Positions 11,301 through 24,200 of a stretch of DNA of 55,067 bases are shown piece after piece; the stretch's first letter is position 1; each line of letters opens with the position of its first letter. Position numbers and translations under genes: made by a program. This DNA comes from Mesotaenium endlicherianum (lineage: Eukaryota), in assembly GCA_009602735.1 (NCBI GenBank), contig WELA01003054.1:565873-620939 (forward strand), in the 5' to 3' direction. The notes beneath the pieces were generated by a model that searched no databases, was not told the origin of the DNA, and saw only the letters and a program-made list of their open reading frames with translations.

Positions 11301-14300
11301 NNNNNNNNNNNNNNNNNNNNNNNNNNNNNNNNNNNNNNNNNNNNNNNNNNNNNNNNNNNNCCCCCCCCCCCCCTCCTCCACCCTTACTTGCTTACCACGC
11401 CTGGCATTGTTTTGGGCATGAGGCGGGACCAGACTCGAAAGGCCTGTGTCCTGCTGTGATGGCCCTGACAGCCTTCCTCCCTCTGTAGCATCTCCGCACT
11501 TTGCCCTCGTCGAGTATGCAGCCAATGCATTCCTAGCTACGCAGATGAGCACTCCTGCGATCTCTGGTGCCGCCCAACCAAGCACGGGCTTTCTCTGCCT
11601 CTTTCGTGTGACGCCCTTCAACTGGAGGCCCTCCCACAGCCTGGCCAGCCAGTCCCGGTGACAGGTGGCGGCGGCGGTGGTGGTGAGGGCAACGGATGAG
11701 CTGAAGGCTCCCGCGGGGAAGCCGCTGCCACAGAAGCAGCCATGCGCGCTCTCTGCTTGCGTGCTGCCGCCTCTGCTGATGGTGCTGGTGGTGCTGTGGT
11801 GGTGGTGCTCGTGCTGGTCGTGGTGGCGCTGGTGGGGTTGGGGGAGTGGGGCGGCAGGTGGGGCTGATCGCGGCCAACGACGCCATCCTGCTCAACACAC
11901 ACATCTTCCTCATCCTCAAGAAGTACTTCCGCGACACGCCCTACTACGTCGAGCTCTTTGAGCTCTTCAACGAGGTGCCTCCTCCCCTCCCTCCCCTCCC
12001 CTCCCCTCCCCTGTCCTCCCCTTCCCTTCCCCCGCTCTCTTTTCTACGCTGTTCTCCCCTCTTGGCGATTACCATAATAAAAATGCTTCTCGGAGGAATC
12101 GACGAGTGTGGGTTACTTCACTCAGTCTGGCGATGCTCCCTCTGGTCTCCTAGTGCCCCCCTCCACTCCCCTCCCCTCCCCTCCCCAACCCACTTACGTG
12201 GTTGACATTGACTCTGCTGGCAAACTTGCAGACTGCTTTCCAGTTGGTGCTATGGTGCTGTGCGCAAACACATTGTGCCTTAAACGAGTGCTGAAGAGAT
12301 TCCTTTCAAAGACTGCAGTGCGTGTGTGCTCCGCCTGGCCACAGGCATCAGCTCAAGAGCAACTCAACTTGGTCTTGCTGCAGGTAGCTTGAGAGCAACT
12401 TTCAAAGGGTAGCGCTCTTTGCATTCTGGCATCCTATCTTTGCAATCTCCGGCTCCTCCCATGGCTCCGACACGCATATGCGTTTGTGGGTGCGTGTTAG
12501 TGCGAATGTTTCCACACATACGTAATGTGTGGACGCGCTCGCGCGCGCATGCTGGCGCGCGCATGCGTTCGTATGTGTGTACGCCCCTGTGTGTATGCTG
12601 GCATGTGTAGAAGCCCTCCGTGTGTGGCACCTGTCATGTGTGCTGACAGAACAGACGGTGGTGTCGTTTGTTTCAGTTACTGACACCACCGCGTGCGCGT
12701 GCTTGGCGTGGCCCCGGACGCGGAAAGAGCGCAGGTGACCTTTCAAACGGCGTCAGGCCAGATGCTGGATCTCATCACGACCCCGGAGGGCGAGGTGGAC
12801 CTCTCCAAGTACACCATGCCCACGTGCGTGCGCTCGCTCGCTCGCTTGCTCCCTCCCTCGCTGGGCTTGCGCGCACCCCCGCACCCTCGCACTGTCACGC
12901 CCTCGCATTTGCCCATGCACCTGAACTTCTCTCCCAATGCCTACACTTTCTGCCCTCTCGTGACCCCCTCCCTCACGCAAGTGGAGCTGGAAGCAGCATG
13001 CCTTGGTGACTCTGCCACAGGGCCCGTGCGCAGCCAGCCTCTGCTTCTGGCTCACCAGGCTCTAACCAGCAGGTAGAATTAGACCTCCATTTCATTATTG
13101 GAAGTAGGCCTCCCTTACTGTGGCTCACGCAGATTCTCTTCTTCACACACTCTCTTTTACTCACTCCCACATAGATGTCTTCCCTCTAAACAAAGAATGG
13201 GCTTCCGCGGGAGCAAAAAACAGCGCACGCGCCTGCCTGGTGACATGGGCCCATCACCCACTGCAATCACAGCACCCTGGGCTTGCTCCAATGCTCACGC
13301 TGCAGCACCTGGACGCCTAGTGACGGGGGACACCTGGCGCGCGCGCAGGTACACGCGGATAGTGCAGTACAAGACGGCCTACTACTNACTGCTTTCCAGT
13401 TGGTGCTATGGTGCTGTGCGCAAACACATTGTGCCTTAAACGAGTGCTGAAGAGATTCCTTTCAAAGACTGCAGTGCGTGTGTGCTCCGCCTGGCCACAG
13501 GCATCAGCTCAAGAGCAACTCAACTTGGTCTTGCTGCAGGTAGCTTGAGAGCAACTTTCAAAGGGTAGCGCTCTTTGCATTCTGGCATCCTATCTTTGCA
13601 ATCTCCGGCTCCTCCCATGGCTCCGACACGCATATGCGTTTGTGGGTGCGTGTTAGTGCGAATGTTTCCACACATACGTAATGTGTGGACGCGCTCGCGC
13701 GCGCATGCTGGCGCGCGCATGCGTTCGTATGTGTGTACGCCCCTGTGTGTATGCTGGCATGTGTAGAAGCCCTCCGTGTGTGGCACCTGTCATGTGTGCT
13801 GACAGAACAGACGGTGGTGTCGTTTGTTTCAGTTACTGACACCACCGCGTGCGCGTGCTTGGCGTGGCCCCGGACGCGGAAAGAGCGCAGGTGACCTTTC
13901 AAACGGCGTCAGGCCAGATGCTGGATCTCATCACGACCCCGGAGGGCGAGGTGGACCTCTCCAAGTACACCATGCCCACGTGCGTGCGCTCGCTCGCTCG
14001 CTTGCTCCCTCCCTCGCTGGGCTTGCGCGCACCCCCGCACCCTCGCACTGTCACGCCCTCGCATTTGCCCATGCACCTGAACTTCTCTCCCAATGCCTAC
14101 ACTTTCTGCCCTCTCGTGACCCCCTCCCTCACGCAAGTGGAGCTGGAAGCAGCATGCCTTGGTGACTCTGCCACAGGGCCCGTGCGCAGCCAGCCTCTGC
14201 TTCTGGCTCACCAGGCTCTAACCAGCAGGTAGAATTAGACCTCCATTTCATTATTGGAAGTAGGCCTCCCTTACTGTGGCTCACGCAGATTCTCTTCTTC

Positions 14301-15116
14301 ACACACTCTCTTTTACTCACTCCCACATAGATGTCTTCCCTCTAAACAAAGAATGGGCTTCCGCGGGAGCAAAAAACAGCGCACGCGCCTGCCTGGTGAC
14401 ATGGGCCCATCACCCACTGCAATCACAGCACCCTGGGCTTGCTCCAATGCTCACGCTGCAGCACCTGGACGCCTAGTGACGGGGGACACCTGGCGCGCGC
14501 GCAGGTACACGCGGATAGTGCAGTACAAGACGGCCTACTACTCCTTCTACCTCCCCGTGAGTCTGCGTCCTCCTCCTCCCCCTCCTTCTCCTCCTCCCCC
14601 TCCTCCTCCTCGTCCTCCTCATTCTCCTTGTCCTACTTGCTTCCTCTGTTCCTCTCCTTGCCTCCTCCTCCCTCTCTTGTCCCCTCTGCTTCCTCCTTGT
14701 CTTCTCCTGTCCTACTCCTGTATTACGCCTGCCCTTGAACTCGCTGCTCGAAACGCCTGCACAAGGCTGGCCCCCTCCAGCCCGCTTGGGCTGGCTAGCT
14801 CCTTCTTGCCGTGGGCCGCAGCAACACAAGTTCTGACCTGCACGTCCCAGTCAGCTCGGCTTCGTGTTGCGCATTGCATGTTGTTTCGCAAGCAAGAGGC
14901 CTCTTCCCTTCAATGAGCCCACGGATATGTGATACCCTCGTTTTTCCCCCTGCTGTGTTGGTGCATCCTCCTGCGGTGCAGGTGGCGTGCGCGCTGCTGC
15001 TGGTGGGCGAGAAGGACCCCTCCAAGTTTCGCACGGCCAAGGACATCCTGGTGCAGATGGGCACCTACTTCCAGGTCCAGGTGCGCGCTCTGCTGCACCC
15101 CGCCTCTCTCTCTCTC

Positions 15117-15167
<51 letters not shown>

Positions 15168-15243
15168 NNNNNNNNNNNNNNNNNNNNNNNNNNNNNNNNN
15201 NNNNNNNNNNNNNNNNNNNNNNNNNNNNNNNNNNNNNNNNNNN

Positions 15244-15320
<77 letters not shown>

Positions 15321-18300
15321 CACGCCCATAGTGACATGGTTGGTGCCGTACGCACACACGCACGAGCTCGTGTCACGCTTGTAGGCAGCAGAGCCGGATG
15401 GAAGTTGCGAGGCATGAAAAGAATGCCAAGGTGGAACCTTTGGGAGGGCCGTGGTGCCTCGTGGGGTAGAAGCAGCTCACTTGGGGTCCCGGACAACGGA
15501 AAGACCCTTCTCCTCGTGCAGCATGTGGGGCCCTCCTCATTACGCTTCTCTCATCCTGTGGGAGCTCGTTCCACGGCGGGAGAGGGTGGGCAGGACGACT
15601 TTCTGGACTGCTTCGGCGACCCTGCCGTCATTGGCAAGGTGCCCCCCCCCCCAATCTCCTCCTCTGTCCTCATCACCTGAAGCATCTATGAGGCGGTTCT
15701 GTGTAGCTGCAGCTGCTTACGGTGCCAACCTACTCTCTCCATGACACAGCTGCATGACAGCTGCACGACACAGACAAGAGAAGAAGGGGAAGGAGGTGGG
15801 GGTAGGACAGCAGGCCTGTGAATTTCTCTGCTCCCCATCTCTGCCAGCTCTATGCATGTCTTGTTTTAGTGCCCTGAACAGTCGGGGCAGGGTGGGGCTT
15901 CCAAAGGCCTGGCCTGTGGCCTCTTATCTCCTTGTCTTCTCCTCTTTCCATTGTTAAACTTTCAAGGTCTGAATTCAGGAGCTTGTCTTTCCCTGACTCC
16001 CACTCCCCCCCTCCTTGCCTTCTCGCTCTCGCCCCCCCTGTTTGTGTCTTCCTGTACTGATGCTCCTCCCTCTGTTCTTAGCCTGCCCGCCACTCTTCCC
16101 CCTCCCCCGCCGCTTGAGATCCCCGAGCAGAAGGCAGGTCTTGTCTCTCATAGCCCCTCCGGGGAACCAAGGTCAAGAGCGTCTTAGGCATGGTGTGCTC
16201 GCCTGCTCTTGCCTGCAGCACGTATGGGAAATAGAGGCTCGGGGTGCTTCGTACATGGTGATGGGGGTCCAGATTAGATAGAGACCGAAGCCCACCCCCC
16301 NNNNNNNNNNNNNNNNNNNNNNNNNNNNNNNNNNNNNNNNNNNNNNNNNNNNNNNNNNNNNNNNNNNNNNNNNNNNNNNNNNNNNNNNNNNNNNNNNNNN
16401 NNNNNNNNNNNNNNNNNNNNNNNNNNNNNNNNNNNNNNNNNNNNNNNNNNNNNNNNNNNNNNNNNNNNNNNNNNNNNNNNNNNNNNNNNNNNNNNNNNNN
16501 NNNNNNNNNNNNNNNNNNNNNNNNNNNNNNNNNNNNNNNNNNNNNNNNNNNNNNNNNNNNNNNNNNNNNNNNNNNNNNNNNNNNNNNNNNNNNNNNNNNN
16601 NNNNNNNNNNNNNNNNNNNNNNNNNNNNNNNNNNNNNNNNNNNNNNNNNNNNNNNNNNNNNNNNNNNNNNNNNNNNNNNNNNNNNNNNNNNNNNNNNNNN
16701 NNNNNNNNNNNNNNNNNNNNNNNNNNNNNNNNNNNNNNNNNNNNNNNNNNNNNNNNNNNNNNNNNNNNNNNNNNNNNNNNNNNNNNNNNNNNNNNNNNNN
16801 NNNNNNNNNNNNNNNNNNNNNNNNNNNNNNNNNNNNNNNNNNNNNNNNNNNNNNNNNNNNNNNNNNNNNNNNNNNNNNNNNNNNNNNNNNNNNNNNNNNN
16901 NNNNNNNNNNNNNNNNNNNNNNNNNNNNNNNNNNNNNNNNNNNNNNNNNNNNNNNNNNNNNNNNNNNNNNNNNNNNNNNNNNNNNNNNNNNNNNNNNNNN
17001 NNNNNNNNNNNNNNNNNNNNNNNNNNNNNNNNNNNNNNNNNNNNNNNNNNNNNNNNNNNNNNNNNNNNNNNNNNNNNNNNNNNNNNNNNNNNNCCCCCCG
17101 CCGCCCCGCCCCGACCTCTTCCCTCCCATGCAGGATATGCGATCAGTCGCTGCCCTCCTCCTCTGAATGTTGGCTCTTTGCGCTGCGCTTGCCCCCTGCT
17201 GAACATGGGCGTGGGCATGCGTGCGTGCCCTTGTGCTGGTGCGAGGGGGTGCAGGTGGGGACGGACATCGAGGACACCAAGTGCTCGTGGCTGGTGGTGC
17301 AGGCGCTGCAGCGCGCCAGCGAGGCGCAGCGCGCTGTCATAGAGGTGCGCGCTCACACACTTGCATGCGCACGTGTAGGTGGGGCCCCCGCCCCCGCCTC
17401 CTCCTCTCTGCTGTTACTCTTGTTCTTCCATCAGCACTGGCGTGCTTGCCTCGAGTGAATGCATTCTGCTATAGGAGCTGCAAAAAACATGCAGACGAGC
17501 GTGCATGCACGCACGCACGCACCCACACCCACAGACGCGTACACGAATGGAGTGGACAACCCCCTATTGTTTCCCTTGATGTGTCAGATGATTGTCAAGA
17601 GCAAGCGCCACGCTTAGTCGAAGCAGCAGCCTCCTACATCAGCGTGCTGCTCTTTACATGCAGAGCTGAGCAGCAAGCTCCCCCCTTTCCTGCTGCTCCC
17701 CCCTTTCCTCCCCCCCTGCCTGCCCTCCTCCCCTCCCCCTCCCCTCTCTCTCTCCCGCTCTCTCATATGCTCGCATTAGCAACAACTAGCCGTTCTCCTC
17801 ATTTGATTCTCAGGCAGTCGGTGGGTGCTCAGAAGAGAGCTAGCATGGCACGCTGCCACTGCCCCCACATTGCAATCCCTTATGCTTCTGCCTCTTCCTC
17901 TGCCCCCGCCTCTCTGCCTGTGGCAGCCCCTTCAAGCATGCCAGCAGTCAGGGTGGGGGCCACTGGTACCCACGCCCATCCCTACTGGCCTAGTGGCGCT
18001 CTCTGGTATCTCAGTGAGGGAGTGACTGTTTGACTCAATGGGTGACTGAATGACTGCCTGCCTGGCTGTCTGGCTTGCTGGCTCCTGACTGACTGGCTGA
18101 CAAACTGACTGACTGACTGACTGACTGGTGTGAGTACCCGGGGCCGGCGACGAGCAGGCCAACTATGGGAGGGGAGACCCCGCGCACGTGGCGGCCATCA
18201 AGGACGTCTACGCGCAGCTCAACCTCAAGGTGCTCCTGCCGCCACCTGTCCCTCTTCCGCCCTGCCTCGCTGGACCACAGTGGGCATACCCGTGAGATGG

Positions 18301-19161
18301 CCTGCAGTAGAGTCTCACATATCGCGATCAGCAAAGCGTTTGCATGCTCTTCTACATCACATTATCAGTGCAGACTGAGAGTTTCCCTCACTGGATTTAG
18401 GGCTGGCAGCAAGTTGTGTGTGGTCGATGCCGCGTCATGGCACGCACATACGCTAGAAAATTTACGCAGGCAGAGCCTCGGGGGGCTCCTCCGTGTGACA
18501 AGTGTAGGGTGCCAGCCGGACCCTATCTCAGTCAGCCGGTCACTAAGCAGCCCACTGGAGCATGCCCCCCTCTCTCTCTAGTACTGCCGCTTGCTGCCAG
18601 GTGGCAGAGGAGTAGGTCGGCCGGGGTGCTGCTTGCCCTGTTGTGCACTCACAGGAGAACAACTGGGGTCAGCATCTGGAGGTTCACGAGGCGAGGGGTG
18701 TCACTTCTATCGCAGGCCGCCTTTGAGGAGTACGAGGCTGAGAGCTACGAGAAGCTGACAGCTGGCATCGCCCAGCAGAGCGACCCCGTCTTCAGGGTGC
18801 GTATTTCCCTCCCTCACCCCCCCTCTCCAGCTCCCCTCTATCGCCCCCCACTGCCTCTATCGCCCCACATTGCCCCTTGCTGAGTGTGAGCATGCGAGGA
18901 ACAAGTCCAAGCTTTGATGGATTGTGAATCTATAGGTGGTGGGCACTGAACGGCCAACCCGGCGTGTCATATTGGCAGGAACACTGCATCTGCTCAGCCC
19001 GTGCCAGCTCAAGGCTGAGTTGGAAGTCCATTTAGGTTGTAGAGTCTGCTCTTTGAGTGCGTAGCTCTCGACTGACAGTCTTGGCGCGTGCTTTGTGGTG
19101 CGTGATGTGGCAGGCTGTGTTCCTTAGCTTCCTCGGCAAGATTTACAAGCGGCAAAAGTGA
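8303..19161 (+). CDS. FPS: Farnesyl diphosphate synthase
   Basis: Exons 8303(or 8313)-8461 ([15 protein letters not shown]...WVEK), 9268-9292 (SLDYNVPG), 9889-10004 (GKLNRG...LGWCIEW), [first DDxxD exon missing, presumably in gap 10683-11360], 11858-11974 ([12 protein letters not shown]), 13891-13979 ([11 protein letters not shown]; duplicate at 12735-12823), 14505-14556 ([14 protein letters not shown]), 14982-15080 (MGTYFQVQ), 15594-15638 (DDFLD), 17255-17344 ([13 protein letters not shown]), 18158-18229, 18716-18796, 19114-19161 ([10 protein letters not shown]). These are canonical eukaryotic FPPS motifs with phase-consistent GT-AG introns. Confidence 0.96.
10102..10345. repeat. Intronic minisatellites: 16-mer TGCCTCGACGGGGTCN x~4 and (CAGGGG[CA])n
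   Basis: Visible at 10102-10165 and ~10273-10345 within an FPS intron. Confidence 0.85.
12232..14542. repeat. Exact 1155-bp tandem duplication around a single N (probable assembly artefact)
   Basis: 12232-13386 appears identical to 13388-14542 (offset 1156; ORF track entries repeat exactly). The first copy stops mid-exon at the N at 13387. Confidence 0.93.
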
Positions 19162-20779
19162 AGCGGGACAGGTAAAGCCCGTGGACTTTCTAGACTTCGG
19201 GAAGTTTTGCCCATGTTTTGGTGAGGGAAGTCAAGGACGGATGGAAGCGAGGCGTTTTTACATTTATTTGGAAATACTTGCTAGATTGTGAGTGGTAGCC
19301 ATGAGCCTACTTCATGACCAATGAGCGAGTAGCACACGCTTAGATTACTAAACTTACATACCGAGGTTCATGTAGGGATTTAGATAACGGCTGATGAAAA
19401 AGGCTGCCTAATGGGTAAGTTAAGTAGTGAGCTTAAAGAGTCACACGAAGGAAGCACTTCCTAGCCCTATGCAACAAAATTTGATATAAGTTGAGTTGGA
19501 CTGAAGTGATTGACACATTGGCGACCAAGTTGGCAGTCGAGCGGCATGAAAGGAGTGCCGTCTTAACGTGAATTGTTAGTTCCATTTGCGGAAGATGGCC
19601 AAAGTGTCACAACCACATTGTATCTACTACACACTCTAATATGCAAACATAAACTTGAGGGTGTAGATATTGTACAATGCCACGGGTACTTTGACATTAG
19701 ATATCACCAATAAGACGCGTAACATTGCTTAAAATACCACCATTCAGATTAGCTTTGTGGGCCGTTTTAATCGCTGCAACCTTCTCTTGAGGCGCCATAT
19801 TCATATTCCAATTTCGCGTCATGTGTCATCCTCACTTTTCTTTTAAACCCTGAGCCGGATGATTACAACTTAAGCAGCGACTAATAAACGTCTAAACTTT
19901 GTTGATCGAGGCCAACGAAGTTGACACAAGTAATCTTATAACGTTCAATTACATGCCCACTTCAGTGCTTGTTTGTGATTGGTTCTCATGGTTGTTACAA
20001 TCAGAACAACGTCATATTGTAAGGAGAAATTATTCGTGGTACAATGCTTTGCACGTGACAATACACATTTTTTGATTGCACCAATTTTCGACAACTTATA
20101 GAAATTTTCAAGTGCTTCTGGAAGAATTATGACTTTGTCAAAATAAACAATTATCGTGTTATTGACTTAATAAGAACACAATATTGACGTTATACGACGC
20201 GCTTGCTAAGTACAAATTAATGAAGCACTATAAGCCAATGAATATGCAAGAATCTACCCAAAGCTGCATTAAGTCACACGCCACAATCCTTAGATGAGGT
20301 CGTCTTGGTGACAACTGTTAGGGTTCTCTTTGAACATCTCGTTTCCTACCCAACCCTTCAAGGATGTGGAAACGCCCTCAAAAAATGTGCAAAATTTTAC
20401 GTTCGGCTAGCTTGAACTCCAACCTCAACGTAATCACCAACCTCGACGTTTAATAGTCAAACTTTACTCCACAAGGGTAATGTAGACTTAATGCCGTTGG
20501 TGTAAAGACGATGGTTGCCCATGCAAGATCACATCTTTTGGGTACACCCATGATTTGCTTTTGCACGTTAGACAATGACAATAGATAATGGAAATTAGGC
20601 AAAGCACTAACACCCATGGCGTGCTATAACTGGCAGCGACTTTTACTTTTTTTCCGCAAGAGTTGCAAGTGGGCGCAAAGATCTCCGTTCTATTGATTAG
20701 TTTGTAACCATTGGAGCTAAAATGGGTTGAAAAAATTGAAAAGTTTGAAACCATGGCGCAACCAAAAAAGTGTCATATT

Positions 20780-21255
20780 TGTTGAAACTCACAACTTTCT
20801 TCGTCCATGGCACACTCTATCACTCACACACTTGAACGAACTCAAACTCAAAATATATGATTGCACGAAAATACACAAGGAGCCCAACTCTCCAGTTTAC
20901 TAAGTTAGTTTCCTGGGTTACAATTTCTGGTCTTAAGTAACTCACTACGCCACTCCGCCACTCTGCCCCCTCTGCCCCCTCTGCCCCTCTGCCCCTCTTG
21001 CCCCCCTAACGAACGTTCACAAACATTCATGAACGTTCACGACATCTTCGTTGTCGTGTGAAAGTGACAACTCCTAATTACTAACTTACTCAAACAATTA
21101 CCAACAAACGACTAACTCATGAACCGAATTGACTAACGACAAACCAAGCAAGGCCATCGACACCCTGGCGCGCGTCACGTATCGACGCGACACCCACTCT
21201 CCTAGTCACGACAAAGTAGAACTAGGAGGGCCGGTCTACGGACCATATTCCAACA
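20780..21255 (-). repeat. 3' LTR of copia copy 1
   Basis: tgttgaaactc...ccatattccaaca on the + strand, next to the PPT. Confidence 0.95.
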
Positions 21256-21274
21256 CTCCCTTTCATCTCCTATT

Positions 21275-24200
21275 CTACTTTGAAACAAAACTTCTCAAAC
21301 CAAACATAGAAGCACACCATTGATGCTTTGTCCTAGGTACAGCCTTTGTTAAAGGATCGGCAATCATTCTGTCAATTCTCACATAGAGAAACTCAACACT
21401 ACCGTCTTGTACACACTCTCTACTCTTGTAATATAGAATGTCTACGTGCTTACTCCTACTATGCTCCACTAAATTCTTTCCCAAAGCAATGCACTCCTGG
21501 CTATCACTAAAGATTGTGGTAGCCCACTCCAGCTTGTAGCCCAAGTCTTCAAGTAGCCTTCTCGACCAAAGTGCTTCCCTCACTGCTTGTGACGCTGCCA
21601 TATACTCAGCCTCCATGGAAGACAATGCCACTACTTTTTGCCTCTTACTTTTCCATGTCACCGCTCCCTTGCCCATCGTAAAGACATACCCTGTTGTTGA
21701 CCTTCTAGTGTCAAGGTCACCGCCCCAATCTGAATTACTACTGCCCTCCAGCTTCATACTGTCAGTTTCTCCCAAGTGTAACCACAAATCCGGTGTTCCC
21801 TTAAGATACCTCAAAATCCTCTTAGCTGCTTCCCAATGTGCTGGTCCTGGATTCTGCATGTACTGACTGATGACTCCTACTGCATTTGCTATATCAGGGC
21901 GGGTGCACACCATGAGATACATTATACTACCCACTAACTTCCTATAAGGCACCTGGGACACCATCTCCCACTCTTGCTCACTTTGTGCACACATGCCCGC
22001 ACTCAACTTGTGATTAGGATCTAGAGGTAGACTCATGGGCTTAGAGTCTTGCATGTTAAACCTCTCTAGCATTGTCTGCAGATACGCTGGCTGACTAAGC
22101 ATAATAATTGTGTCATCCCTATCCCTCTTAACTTGAATGCCCAAAACAAACTCCACTTCCCCCAAGTCCTTCATATCGTAGGTAGCTTAAAAAAGGTCTT
22201 TCACCTTCTGAATCTCATTCATACTCTTCCCCACTAGTAAATGATCGTCCACATAGAGTACCAACATCACCTTGCTATCTCCCTCCCCTCTAACATAAAG
22301 AATGCTATCGGTGTCCGACTCGATGAACCCATGATGTTGTAAAAAGCTATCTATCTTCTGGTTCCACATCCTCGGTGATTGTTTTAGCCCATACAAGGAC
22401 TTCCTTAACCTGCAAACCTCTTTGGGGTACTTCTCATCCACAAATTCCTCTGGCTGCTCCATATACACTTCCTCCTCTACATCCCCATTGAGAAATGCCG
22501 TCTTCACGTCCATCTGGTGAATCTCAAAGTCCTCTATAGCCGCAACCTCCAACACTGCTCAGATGGTGGCTATCTTAGCTACCGGTGCGAACGTCTCGTG
22601 ATAATCCTCTCCCTCTGTTTGTGAGTAGCCCTTAGCAACAAATCTAGCCTTGCTTTCCACTTCTCCGCTGAGTCAGTCTCCATGGCTGCTGCATAGGTCT
22701 CAGGCTCGCTAACATCTAACATGTATGCTACTTCAAGATCTCCTGCCTCATCCAAAGCTACATCCTCGGCCAAGGTTATGAAGTCCTCAAACCTCTTTGT
22801 TGGCACACGTGCCCTAGAGCTCGTACGTGGAGGAGGATCCAAACCACTAGTAGAGGCCTCTCCCCCTGCTGGTGACAAAGCCCCTCTTGCAACTCCCCTT
22901 TTAACTGTGGACTCCCCTCTTAGAGTAGACTCTTGTGCTTCCTTGTTTCCCTCCCTCTGCTCTACCTCTACCCTTGCTGCAGACTGCTGCATGATTGAAG
23001 GTGCTTGCTCCCCAAGTGATGTGACAGGTAATGGTAACTGCTGAATTTGCTCCTCAAGATCATCCTCCGATACAAACTCATCGTACACTTGTGAGCTACT
23101 CGGATGCACAATGTGCTCATTGAAGACAACATCTTTGTTCACAAATACCACTCCTGTGTCTGGCCTCAGCAATATGTACCCCTTGCTGTCAGTGTCATAG
23201 CCCAAGAAAACACACCTTTTTGCCTTCGGTTGCAGCTTGTGTCGCTTTTCCTTTGGGATGTGTGCCCGAGCCTTTGTGCCAAACACTCTCAGCTGATCAA
23301 CATACACCTTCTTGCCACTCCATAGCTCCTCTAGAACCCCCCCATCAAGAGCTCTTAAGGGCAATCGAGCCCACACGTAAGTAGCTGTCTTCACAGCCTC
23401 CGCCCACAAGCTAGGGTGGAGACCAACAACAAATATCATTGACCTTGCCGATTTCACCAACGTCCTGTTCAACCTTTTTGCCACTCCGTTCTGCTGGGGT
23501 GAGTACGCCACTGTATGTTGATGCTTGATTCCTTGATCCGCCAGAAACTTGATGAAGGGCCCATTGACATATTCTTTCCCATTGTTTGTCCTTAGTGTCT
23601 TGATGCTCTTCCCACACTACTTCTCTACCATAGCCTTATACTCCTTGAACTTCTCAAAAGCTTGATCCTTGGTCCTCATGAAGTAGACCTCTGACTTCCT
23701 GGAATAGTCATCTGTAAATGTCACATAGTATGAATGCAAAGTCTTCCTTGCTGGTATCTTAGCTGGCCTCCAAATATTCGAATGTACCAACTCTAGCACC
23801 TCTGTGGCTCTTGTGGCTCCCTCCTTTGGAAATGCTATCCTTGTCTGCTTACCCATTCGACACCCTCTGCAAAACTCAAGCGTTTGCCCACTAAAATCTG
23901 GTAACCCCCTCTCCTTGTTGTCCTTGCTCATATCCTTCAGCTTCTGTTCACTTGCATGTGCTAACCTTTGGTGCCAAAAGTTGATGGGTCCCTTCAACTT
24001 CACATCTCCTTGGGCCAAATATACTTGGCTAACCTCTGTTTCCTGTGCCAGGCAAGCGGAAACAAGCTTAGCCTGGCCCTTCTCTTGGAATAAATTTCCT
24101 CTACTGTCGGGCTTGACAGCTACAGCTGCTGTATCTCCCTTGTTGTTGAGTATTCTACACTCTGACCCTTCAAAGATCACCTTGTTGCCCAAAGACGTAG

